This document shows positions 12,786 to 24,607 of a stretch of DNA of 64,000 nt, one piece after another (within the stretch, counting starts at the first letter, position 1; the number at the start of each line of letters is the position of its first letter). The notes below the pieces were generated by a model, which worked only from the letters and a program-made list of their open reading frames with translations, had not been told where the DNA came from and made no database searches. Source of the DNA: Amoebophrya sp. A120 (lineage: Eukaryota > Protista > Dinoflagellata). The stretch lies in the NCBI GenBank assembly GCA_905178155.1, contig CAJINV010000012.1:3475988-3539987 (forward strand), written 5' to 3'. Position numbers and translations under genes: made by a program.

Positions 12786-13843
12786 ATGATGAAGCGTCTT
12801 TCCTCTTTCGAATCGAGCCCGTCTCGCTCTGTTGGTGCTCAGCTTGTGGCATTGCTGCAAGCGGTGTGCGTTTGGCTGCACCTGGAGACGATGGTGGGAG
12901 CTGCCGTGGGGTTGCAGTTGCGCATGAATCCGGGTGGTGCTGGTGGTGCGACTCGCCTAAGCACGGCTGATCGCCGCCCACCGATGAGGCAAAACGGCGT
13001 GGGTCAGAATGAGCTGCAGCTGGTATCTGTGATAAGCGGTGAAGACACGAACTCGCGAGGGTTCACCTCAATTGGTGGGAGCGTACCATGATAATCACGG
13101 CCGAAAAATTGGAGAAAAAGTTACTAGCCAAAGCCTCGGACGCAGTGAAGAACAAGCTTGCCTTCAAACCTGCGAAGTTTCTGATCTACCCTGACCCTGA
13201 GTTACGGTGGATTCGCGCTGATCCCCGAGTTTTTTACCATTCCAGGGGTGTCGAGACGCGGTACGGTATGGAGCTGCACAATAAGATTCCTCTCACCGAC
13301 AGCAGGCAGGTCCGGGATGAGAGGAAGCTGTTTGTCGAGATGGAAGATCCAACAGAGGCTGAGATGCAGGTGGAGATCGAAAACGCGAATCAAACCGACA
13401 GCGCATGGGCACGCATTCGTGATGGCCGCCGCGGATGCGCACGGGGCTCTGCTTGGGGGCTTGCCTCTCTCGCCTGTGTTCCCTGTGCTGGTGGGGTAGG
13501 GTGCGCCCTTGGTTGCATTGGCGCGGCATGTGAGTGTGCCCTGGCTGCCGAGAACTGCGGCACGGGAACCCGTGATCTTCTTCTTCGCCCGAGGCGCGTG
13601 CAGAGGTTGGAGACTGCGCGACGGGAACTCCGGCAACCACAGCAGCACGGGACCGCCGCAGCCGCGCCCCAGTCGCGTCCGCACAATCCCGACGGAGACG
13701 GAAACCGCCGCCGCCAAGGCGCCGCCACCGCGAGGGATGTGGCCCAACCCACGAATCAACGCGAAGCCGCGGCGTTTCAGGGCGTTTTGGCTCGCTTCCA
13801 GCCGGCATTACCAGGTAATGCCGGGTTTTTGCTGCAGGTATAG
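12786..13843 (+). pseudogene. Putative secreted protein, paralog of 21107-22542, with a 1-bp frameshift near 13047 (pseudogene or assembly error)
   Basis: Shares WxHLETMVGAAVGLQLRMN and ~170 bp of upstream sequence with the paralog. Homology (LARVxL..ITA..LE) continues in a shifted frame. Confidence 0.6.
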
Positions 13844-15443
13844 TAGTAGTAGTAGTAGGTAGTAGTTCTGAAAGCAGCAAGAAGTAATAGCAATACGTCC
13901 TAGTAGTAGAGCTGCAAAGAGTCCTCGAAGATTTACGTCTTCCTCTTACTTTCGCTTTCGCAGCAAATATCGCAGCGAGTTCATTATAGAAATTTAGCCA
14001 CATAGTTTGTGCGTTTTGCTTTTGCTTTTACAACGTAAAAACTCCATACTGAGGAGGACTTGTACAGGGGCGTTGTTTATTCGTAGCATTCTTGAACTCG
14101 TCGCGGCGCTGTTTTCAAGGCCAGCGCGCAAGTTCTTCCGAACCTTGCGTGGACTTTCGTCTACAAAGGCTGAAGGCTTGCCGCAAAGCCCGTTTTATCG
14201 AGACTGTCTCCTGGCGACACCTATGGGAGCAGAGCCAACAGATTTTTGCAGTATTTTATCCGTGTTGTAAGCCTAAGCTGGCCCAGTTTTGGATTTTTTC
14301 CTGTTATTTTCAAGCTCTGCACAGGCCCCCGGGCAATTTTTGTAACATTCGATGTTTGTTGTGTACGATTTTCCTTGTACTTTTTATTTTTGTGTAAAAG
14401 CAGTTTTATCATACTCAGGATAGATTGGGTTTTACCTTTCTCGTCTTCTCCAGCACAGTTTTGTTTATGTACAGCAGATTTTCAACTGGCCTCCAAGTTT
14501 GTCGTTCTGTAGTCCTTGCGCAACAGTAACCGACTTTATTTGAAAACACCTGCGTCCAGTGATTAGGTTTGGCATCGAGATAGTGCCTCTAATGCCTGCT
14601 ATTGTTACTATTTTTGTAGATCAGCTGTTTTTGGTATGTGGAGTCTCTTTCCTACCAGACCAGGCCGGCGCACATGTATGATTCAAAAGAAGAGCGGATC
14701 CGGATTCGTAGGACGATGGAGAAAAAATAATGAAAAGGAGAGGCGGGCGCCGCTCTATTGCTATGCACTTTCACTGGAAAGAACAAGCAGGAACTTGAAG
14801 TTGGAAAGCAGCGAAGCGTGTCTGAAGATCTGTTTCTGGCTGAGAAGTACTTATCTTGTTGGAGATACTCATTTTTTACGAATCTAGTTGCACCACTAGT
14901 GAAGTGTTCTTCCCGACGACGTTCTTCTGGTGCTACTACTCGCAAAAGAAGCAGCTCCTGCTACCTCGTGATGATCCTCCCAGCATGGTGCGACTCAGAA
15001 TGTCCGGAGGTTTTGCTGTAGTCCTCCTTGAACTTTCGAACTGGTTGAGGATTTATTACGTGTGGAAGATGATTTTTACGTGCGAATTTATTGAAGCAGT
15101 TTCTTACCGTCATCGTCGGCCTCGAACATGTACATGATCCAGCATCTCCATTATAATTGATGAAGCAGAAGTCCTTGTCCTGTTCGTAGTGTGTATTGTT
15201 GAGTATGTTGAGCAAGCTTCTTGATGATCTTATTCTTTGTCGTTCCTACTTCCATTTTCTTTTCATTCCCAGCATCAGAAGTTGTTAGAAGTTGAAGTTC
15301 TAGCGGATGGACGACTTTCTTGTGCTCCTGGGCGCTTGATGTAGAAATTGAAACCATACAACCACCTGAACGGCCACACCAATACCGTTTGCGCCATCTA
15401 TCTTCATCCCAATCTACTTCACTCGCCGAGTCGAGGACCTCTT

Positions 15444-18442
15444 ATGTTCACGAGTGAGATTTTGTCCTCGCGTTTAGGATGGAATCCGTTGCCGGTGCAT
15501 TTTGCTGAGGACAACGCGTTTCGGGTGTTGGAGGTGATCTCGTCCGAGACTACCGTGTTTGAGGTCTTGCAGGACCTCTTTCTGCTCGCTTGGTTCGGCA
15601 AGCAGGCCGACGGGTTTGATACTTTTACTATCTCCTGCTCGGGGCGGGTGGAAACAAGAACTACAAGTTGTCCAGCGTCTTCTACCTCTGCCACACAACA
15701 GGCAGTTTTACTCCACGAACAAGGGCCGCCGGGCGATAACAGTATAAAAACTTCTGCAGGTGAAGAACCAGCCCCAGCGGGAACATCAACTGCAAGAACT
15801 TCAGAACAGAGCGCTCCTCACAGTGTAGATTTAGTAGAGCACCATGCACATCATGCAGCTGTTGCTGTAGCAGATCCTGATCCTGCTTCAACATCCTCAA
15901 CATTTGGCGAAGATCCTCGACACCAGGGCCGCAAGGGCATCGACATCGCGGAAGTAGACCACGTGCTCCACACCGCGGCGCGCACGTCTGTAACGCACTA
16001 CAGCTATTTTCGCGACGAGGAGTTTCTTGTTCTACGGGAAGGTCCTCGTGCGAACTCCGATTGTCAAGATGAACGACCCAGCGGCACAAAAACAAGTCGG
16101 GGAAGTAGAAATCTAGGTGGCATCAGCACGACCATAACGACCCTGCAAAGTCAGCTTCTGAAAGCAGCCGGCGAACAAGAAGCTGGTAGTACGTACAACA
16201 AGAAGACCACTGCAGACACGACAGGACCACATCCTCAAGACGAGCCTCTTCTCGGTAGTACGGTACCCGCCACGACCCGTTTGCATTCGTCGAGTGCCTG
16301 CTTGACCCCTTTCTTCCGTCACGATGACGAGAAGTACCAGGCACTAGAGACCTTGGAAGCCCGCGAGCGGTTTCTCGAGCGGCAATACCGGTTATTGCTC
16401 CTCAGGATTCAGCAGGCGACGAAAACCTCGAACAAGCTTGTGGGATGTAGTAGTAGTACAACAACTTCTACTGCTTCTTCTACTACAGGGGTGCAACAAC
16501 TTCTAGCGGACGATAACTTTATCTCCAGTTGCGTGGATCCACTCTTCGCAGTCGTGCAACGAACCGATTCGAACGCAAATTGTAAAGCGACGAGCCGCAC
16601 CGGAGAACAAGTAGGCTCGTGTAGTTCATCCCCTGCTGCTGGTGCAGCTGACCACCTCCTGCAAGAACAGGACGACAGAGAGCAAAGGACCACCGCTGGT
16701 GCTGCTTTTTTCGAAAAAACCGTTCGGCTCTTCCTCCAGGGTCCGGGGTCTACCACCGTTTCGTCGACGAGAAGACTTCGGAATCGGAAAAAAGATCGTG
16801 TCCGCGACATAAACCTGCACGACCGGGAAGCTGCAGCCGGAGCTAGATCAAGATCTAGAGCAACGGTGGAAACAACTGCGGACCACAAGACGAGCTTTTT
16901 CCAGCGAGAGCTGTTTCTTTCTGAGCGCCCTCTGGAAATTTTGAAAAAAGCGGACGGTCACGGTGCTACCTTGAAGCTCGTGGTCGATCTCCGCCGGGTC
17001 TTCGAGTCGGAGAAACAAAAGCGGAGAAGTATCCTATGTAAAAACGTCCCCACCCCATAGTCAAGATGGGGAATCTGCTAGACAAATCAACCAGCTCTGG
17101 TTGCTACGCATGACAAGTTTATTTGCCTCGTAGTGTGATCCTGTTTAGCTAGCTCCAGCAGCATTACAGAGGACCTAGCGCATCGCACTGATTCGAGCAT
17201 CACAAGCACCGAAACACAACTAGAAAATAATGCCTGTGATGGGTCTCCGCATGAGAAACATTCGCAGCGTGCGCATTTGCATTTACAACTATGGGGTTGT
17301 GGAGGGGACGTTTTTACTCAGGATAAGAAGGTTTGAGTTCGTGCCCGATTTTGCGTTTTTGAAACAAGCCGAGCTGCTATCAAAGGAAAAAAGTTCGTCA
17401 CGATCACTCATGCGCATTTTCCCAATACAAAATTTTCTGTCATGCGTAAAAACGCATCAGAGCCACACTTCATAAGGGATTTCCCTAGTGTTTCTGCAAT
17501 ACAAGGAAAGGCTGCGATGCGAAAAAAATTTGTAATGCAAAACCTGCAAGTTAGTGACTGTGACAAACTTTTTTCTCTCCATAGCTGCCAGATGTGGATG
17601 TGGAAGACGACACTGTGCAGCTAATATGCATTGTAGAAGTACAATCCTCGTGCTCGTACTAGTTGTAACTATGCATGACATCAAATCTTGTCCTTAAGGT
17701 AAAACAGCATGACAAAATCCCGTTCTGATGCTGAAAAAATTTGTAATGCATTTGTACGAGTGCGATACTTTGCAGAGAATAGCTAACAAGCTTCAACAAC
17801 TCACCAGCAGGGGTGGACGAGCAAGAAGTGAATGATAATGATAGGGCCGCCGGCGCGAAGATAGAACTACGAGAGCCGCACCAGAATCAGGTTGTTCAAG
17901 CAGATCGATCGCAGGTGCACCTTATCAAGTGCAAAAATGTCTGGGTCTGGAAGAATTCATGTTTGTCATGCTTGTCTGGCATGACTCTTAAATCGGTCAT
18001 GCACGTTACCCAAGAGCTCCGTTTTTCTTTTTCTGTGATGCAGAAGCGCAGTTTGTTATGCAGAATCTGCAACACCTAGGAGCTCAGAAACTTGTCATGC
18101 TGAGCCAGCATTTGTAGCCTCATCATGAGACGCCACCCAGCATCACAAGTTTCCAGACCCAGACACTTTTGCATTTGATACACCTTTTTTCCACTCCGTC
18201 TCCGGCACCAGGGACTACACCAGAGGAAGTACGGACTAAAGCCCGTAGTTCACAGCATCATCAGGAGGAGTTCTTCGCGGATAATGAGTGCAAAGAACTA
18301 CGGGATAGAAGTAGCGCAGCTAGCGGCAAGACAAGAGCTGTTGACAAGAGTTGTGATCCACCCGCAGGAGCTGCGCCAGGAAGTAGAAGTACTAGGACTT
18401 CTGCAGCGCGGGGGGCCGACGAGGAACGGGACGAGAGGAGAA
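15444..18442 (+). CDS. Hypothetical protein; 3' end lost in repeat/gap, start uncertain
   Basis: 570-codon ORF stays in frame across 4 introners (RRR|FEFVPDF, EL|PDVDV, QL|TSFNN, HL|FSTP). Confidence 0.65.
17030..17325. mobile_element. Introner family E (TIR ..TAAAAACGTCCCCACCCCA)
   Basis: DR agaag. Confidence 0.9.
17378..17583 (+). mobile_element. Introner family D (206 bp)
   Basis: DR gctgc, near-identical to 26775 and 28373. Confidence 0.9.
17625..17781. mobile_element. Introner family B
   Basis: DR gctaa. Confidence 0.85.
17923..18180. mobile_element. Introner family A
   Basis: DR cacct. Confidence 0.9.
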
Positions 18443-18482
18443 TATCCTGTGCAAAAGTATCGTGCTGCTCGTAGTAATTGCA
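18443..18482. mobile_element. Introner family B, left end only
   Basis: tatcctgtgcaaaagtatcg followed by unrelated repeat DNA and a gap. Confidence 0.7.
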
Positions 18483-18619
18483 CGAGATTCGAATAGCTTC
18501 GCCCGCTGGGTGTGACGTCGCAAACTTGCGCTAGAAGGAACATCTTTCACAGAGTTCACCTGCCGCGACGGCGCGCAGGCGTTTTCGGTATCAACTGAGA
18601 AAGACACTGCCTCTGCTGT

Positions 18620-19341
18620 CGTGCCGCAGTGCGTTTCCAGCTGCAAGGAAGCCCAGCCGGAAGCACATTGAAAACGCATCCGCAGCGCATCCCAGCCGGA
18701 AATGCCTCTTCAGGGCATTTCTACCGAGCTGGTGGAGATCGAGCTAGAGACGCCCACTCAGACAGAGCGTTTGCGTTTCTAGCTGGAAATCCAGCCAGAG
18801 AGGCCCCCTCCGTGCGTTTCCAGCTGGAAGGAAATCTAGCCGGGAACGCAGTGGAAACGCACGCGCGACGCTTTTCCAGCTGGGAGCTCGGCTGGAGATG
18901 CCTGCTCAGCCCGTTTCTTCTAGCTGAAAGTAAATCCAGCCGGGGACGCAGCGAAAATGCATCCGCGGCCTAATGGATGCCTTTTCAAAGCATGCCGAGC
19001 TGGAAACCCGGCTAGAGACGCCGTCGCAGTGCGTTTCTGCTTGGGAATCTAGCTAGCGACGCCGTCTCAGTGCATTTCTAGCTGGAAACCCACCTAGGGA
19101 CGCCGTCTCAGTGCGTTTCTAGCTAGAAATCCAGCCAGCGACGCCGCCCCGGTGTGTGTCCAGCAGGGAATCCAGCTAGCAATGCCGTCTCAGTGCCTTT
19201 CTAGCTGGAAGGAAATACAGCCGGAAAGGCAGCGGCAGCGTGTTTCCGGCTAGAGACCCAGGCGGAAAGGCATCGCCAGCGCGTTCCCAGAACGAAATCC
19301 AGCCGGAGAGGCATCGCCAAAGCGCCCCCAGCTGGAAGAAA
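18620..19341. repeat. Degenerate ~40-bp tandem repeat
   Basis: Recurrent gacgccgtctcagtgcgtttctagctggaaatccagc units running into the gap. Confidence 0.8.
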
Positions 19342-19438
19342 NNNNNNNNNNNNNNNNNNNNNNNNNNNNNNNNNNNNNNNNNNNNNNNNNNNNNNNNNNN
19401 NNNNNNNNNNNNNNNNNNNNNNNNNNNNNNNNNNNNNN
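19342..19438. other. Assembly gap
   Basis: 97 N. Confidence 1.
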
Positions 19439-21106
19439 TTGAGCTCGGCGCGCTGGATGAAGGATTTCGTCCGGATTTCTATTGGATTTTTTTGTTTAAA
19501 AAAAATTTTTTTTTGTTTGGTTTTGTCATCCCTTTTGGTTTCGTTTTGGGCTGTTTCGTCGTTTTCGATCGTCGTGAGAGGCATACGCGTGGCCATCGTC
19601 TTTCTTTGTTTGTGTTCGATGGACTGCGTTATCGCCTTTCCAGTGTTCATTTCAATCCGCAAGAGCTCCATCGTCTTGCAGATTGACACTACATCCCCTG
19701 ACCTGCGTATGTGTTGAGTTTCGGCAGCGCGACGTCGAGAAGTGACGGACACGACTTGCAGTTAACGACGGCGGACGCAGCGACGGGTGTATCAAATAAA
19801 ATATGATTATGCATTTCGCAAGAGTTTTGTTTTCCTTTTCCCCCACCGACGCGGCGACGGTGGAGCCATGGGACGCGAACACCTCGAAGCTGCGATGCGG
19901 GGAGAAGTTTTATCATCGGCGAGAACGGGGACAAGCAGCTGCGACGGCCACAGTGTCGACGTTTATGCAAGTGGATGAAGATGATGATTGACGTCGTAGA
20001 TGTCAAAGAAGACTACCTGAAACGCATGCAAGTTGTTTGTTTTGATGATACAAAAACCATGTTCGAAATGAATGCAAAGCTTTTTTTTTTTGCGATGGTG
20101 CACGCACCATCGCATCGGTTTGTTTTTTGTGTTCAATCAATATAGAGTGCAGAATCTCAGCTGAAAGAACATCGAGTTACTTTCTTCGAGGGGCATTTGC
20201 TGGGTTTTTTTCTTATGTTTTAGCTTTCTATTGCGGAGAAGTCCTCTGTGTTTTGGTCGTGAGTGTTGCATACATACGAAATGCAAAAAGCAGTGACCCC
20301 ACTTTCACACTGTGCGCATTCCTGCCCTTTTTAGTTTTGTTTCGTAGAAGAACGACCTGTATAATTGTACATGTGTAATTTATTGTTGGAAAACGAAATG
20401 ACGACGTGACGCGCGTCTTCCACCTGCAAGTACAAAAGTAAACATCTTCTTCGGCGGTGAAGGGCAGCGAGACACTTGTATAATTGACGCCGCGCAGTCT
20501 TCGCTTCAAATGTTGAGCGGCACCCAGTCGACCTGTGCCGCGTCGACGCAGCAACTGTACCAGCCGGAAGAATGTACAACCTTCTTCGAAACGAAAAACA
20601 AGATGCAGCAGCGGAAACTATGGAGATGTGCTGGGTTGCTGGGAGAAGAATCAAAAAAAGCTGCTTTGAGCGCCGCCGCGAAGCAAAAAATAACCGTCGC
20701 GCACGCCCGAATCGAAACGGACGGCAGCACTTCGCAAGTGCTTAGCTGGCGGAACGCGACGGAAGGGAAAATCAGGATTTTCGGCCACCTGATATTCACG
20801 CGCGCTTGCATCGTCTTCTGTGTTGCGGGGACACAAGACGTCGGATCGCTCTTCATTCCGGCGCACACGATACTTTACCCGAACTCGGCCAACTACGGCG
20901 TGAAGCGGTGCAACGTTGTCACCTACATCAAAAAATCTCAATTTGCATCGCTACATTCTTCAATTATTTGTTGGTCGCTCTTGTCTCAGGCACAGTCACA
21001 GCCTGCTTTATTGGTTTATAATTCGGACATCAAGATCAAGACTTCATTAGTCCTGTTTTTCCCGTAGTTCGGGATAGTTACCTATACCTTCTTGAAAAAA
21101 ATCAAA

Positions 21107-22542
21107 ATGATGAAGCGTTTTTCTACTGCTTTCGTTTCGAGCCCGTCCAGCTCTGCTCAGCTGGTCATGATGTTGGTGCAAGCGATGTTTGTTTGGATGC
21201 ACCTGGAGACGATGGTGGGAGCTGCCGTGGGGCTCCAGTTGCGCATGAACAATGCCGCCGTCGGTGGTAGTGCTGCGGCTCCACTAACAGCGCCCTCGGG
21301 CTCGGCTGGTGGTCAACACGATCGAACGGTGGGTGAGAACGAGTTGCTACTGGTGTCGCTTGGCAACAACATCCTCGCGAGGGTTCAACTCACTCGCGTG
21401 GAGCGGCTTCGCGGTTCCATCACGGCCAAACGGTTGGAGACAGCGTTAGCCGAAGGCGGAGCCGTGCCCAATGAAGTTGCTGCCGCCTTTGAAGTCCATC
21501 CGCCGAAGTTTTTGATCACTCCTATGGCGTTCTCAAATGTTACATTCTCAACTGTTGCCTGATTTGTCATCCAAAATTCCAATCAGAATCGACACAACCA
21601 AGCTGGCTTTTGTATGTTGAGGTCGCCGAAAGTGCTTCCTCGCCCACCCGCCGGGGAGGGGGTCCTTGACCTGTGGCGCTGGGTGCGGGTGCCCAGTACA
21701 TGATGATGATGATGATGAAGCTGCTTCGCATGACAAATTCCCGAAGGGACAAACAGGTTGAGAATCTGTGCCAAATCTGTCATGCAAAAGGCGCAATCTT
21801 CCCATGCCATCCCCCTTTCAGTTTTGCCATTCTTGTATCACAAATCCGGGTCTTCACAGTTGAGAATGTAACAGTTGCGAACGCCATAACTCCAGATTCT
21901 GACGAGACGCCGGCTAATCAGACGCAAATCTATTCGCGTGATGCGCCGGGCAATAGCAGCATGTCGCTCCGCAATTACCGGCAGGTCCGGGAGGGGCGGA
22001 TGGTGACGGTCGTGATACAAACTCCAACAGAAGAGGAGCTGCAGCAAGAGATCCGAAACATGCAGGCGGCTGTAGACCGTGAGCGTCCACGTGCAGGTGA
22101 ATTCCTAGAGCCGGGATCTGTAAGCGCGGGATCTGTAAGGTGCTGCGCGGGATCTGTAAGCGCGGTTATCAGTGCGCGCTGCTGCTGTGCTGCTAGTGTT
22201 CACTTGCTGGGCCTTTGCGATCTTATTGGTGGCGTGGTTGGCGTGGCTGCTGGTGGCGTGGCTGGCGTGGCCGCGGTAGGGCAATGCTACAGGGGTACAC
22301 TTGACTGCTGGGCGGGGTGCTGTGCACGCAGGCAGCAGGGCGGGCTCTTGCGACGCAGAGAGCAACTGCAGGCGCTGCTGCGATTCCGCCAAGAAGGCCA
22401 ACCGCCACGACAGCAGCAGATGATGGAGCAGCCGCGGCAGCCGCAGCAGCTGATGCCGCGGCCAGAAGTACCGCCGCCGCAGCCGGTGATACGGCGAGGA
22501 GGATGGCGGCAGCAGCTGGAGGAGCCGCTGCCGCTGCCGTAA
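21107..22542 (+). CDS. Putative secreted/membrane protein (hydrophobic N-terminus, Cys/Gly-rich hydrophobic segment, Q/P-rich tail), 2 exons
   Basis: Removing 21523-21888 gives KFLITP|DSDE, colinear with the intron-less paralog KFLIYPDPE. Confidence 0.75.
21523..21888. mobile_element. Introner family F (TIR TATGGCGTTCTCAAnTGTTACATTCTCAACTG)
   Basis: DR actcc, absent from the paralog. Confidence 0.9.
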
Positions 22543-24607
22543 AAGCTGCAGCCGTTGCCGTAAAAGCTTTTTTTGATGTTTTCTATCCGATCGGTGTTGC
22601 AGAAGTTGCTGCCCACAGGCGATAGTCAGCGAGGACTGCAGCCACCCAGACCCATGTGAATGCGATCTGTACCCTACTAGTTTGAAGTAAAGAAATAGAA
22701 GTAGCGATTACGGATTTTATAAAGCAGAAGCGTTTATTGCTGAAGCTCGAGCGCGCGACTACTTTAACACGACTCGCTTTCTACTACAGCCCCAGGAGAT
22801 GGCAGCACGCGAGGACAACGTCGCAAGCTGAATACCGCGTCTTGCTTCACGTGTAGGCCATGTTGACCAGGAAAAAGCGCAGCTTCATGCAATATCTTCC
22901 TATGGGTTCTTGATGACACCAGACCCAGAGATTTAATTCTACGAAACTACGCCAATTTGGAATTGGCTGTAGTACGCTAACAAATTTGTATTTATTGAAA
23001 TCAGTGATTTATGTACATGGCACCAAAAGAACTCGAAGTGACCCATGGATTTGCATTCATGGAGGCTTTGATGTTCTTGTAGTAGCACGCGTCATTTCTT
23101 GTTGATCAGCTACAGCACAGCTATGCAGAAGATGAGTGAGACCACATTAGAACTACGACTTCTACTCAGCACTTCTAGGAAAAAAGACTTGTAGCTACCC
23201 CCCTAGAAGCAGGGCAAACAACAAAAAGCCGGATAATTAACAGAAGACTATAGAACGTTTATGATATTTCATTACAGCCCCCCCCCCAGTCAGGCAGCGG
23301 CATCCGCTAGAGTGCAGGATGCGCGAAGTGGAGTAATGTCAGCTCCAAGCCGACGACGCCCCACATCGAATGACCGCAGTACACCCAATCAAGTAGAACT
23401 GCACAACTTCTTCGCTTGCAGCGAAAACAGAAGCACTGAGACTGCCATGACTTTCAGGAACATCAAATCGAGCCTGCCATTGCGGCGCTCAACGACGTTC
23501 GCTCCTCTTGTGGGACGCAGCGGCGCCTCCTGATTCTTCCGTTGTTCGCCTCTGAAGTTGCTCGCAAGGTCTGCTCGGCAGATCCGGGACGGAGCTGCGA
23601 GTCACGGCACCACCACGCGGCTTCATTTTTCACCAAGACAGATCGTCTGATCTGTGGGCGTTGGTGTGGTTGTCGATCATGTGCAACTACTTGTGATGTT
23701 TCTGCTTCTCGTGCAGGACCTAATAGACTTGAGGCCTTTTATTTTCTACTTGCCATTTCAACACCAGCTTCTCTATGAGCTACACATCGGTCATGTTGTA
23801 GCTCCGTTCACTGGCTCGGTCGTTTTTTTTTCCCAGATCATTGATTTCCACATAGGAATGGAAGGATTTCGATTTTCATTTTTCGGTCTTTTGAGCGGGA
23901 CATGAAGAGCGCCATCGGTATATTCTTGTGTAGTTGCGTATAGATTGAGGATGAGGGCTGCGACATGAGCGCAAGCGTTTGAATATCGGTTTAGGGTAAG
24001 TAGATGGGAGCATGTAGCTACCTAAATTGTATACACTCGTCGGCTAACGCTTGCACAGCTGTTTTTTTGTTTTTTGAAACTGATGATGGCCTTCCGGCTT
24101 CCCTTGGTTGTGGTCTTTTCACCAGTCGGTTCTCGAAGTGTGTCATTGCTTTTCGACCTCCAGCATGTGCCCTGCATTTCCTTCGGTTAGTAATGTTTGC
24201 AGTCATTCTATGTCAATTCTGTAGCAAAAAAATGATTAATGCTAGCATCTTCACGAAACAGTTCCCAGTCCGAGCGTTTGCATTTCGCACTTTACACCAG
24301 CTAAGCTACCACATTTTTTGTAAACGAAACAAAGTCATGGCACATCTTTAGTTTTCATTGTCAAGTAGTGTAGTTGTACATTAATGTTTATTCGCTCCCA
24401 TTCTTGTTTACATTCCAGAATTTAGATTCTCTGGGTCGACACTTCGAGCCTATGCGACTCTAGTACTTCTAAAGACTCAACTCATCTTCATAGTGGCAAA
24501 AAGAAGATTCATGGTATGAAAGTCTGCCGACGTCGCACTGGCTCCGGCGCCAAATAAAACAAATACTACGGGCGACGGAACAACAAGCTGCAAGAGCAAG
24601 AGCCAAC

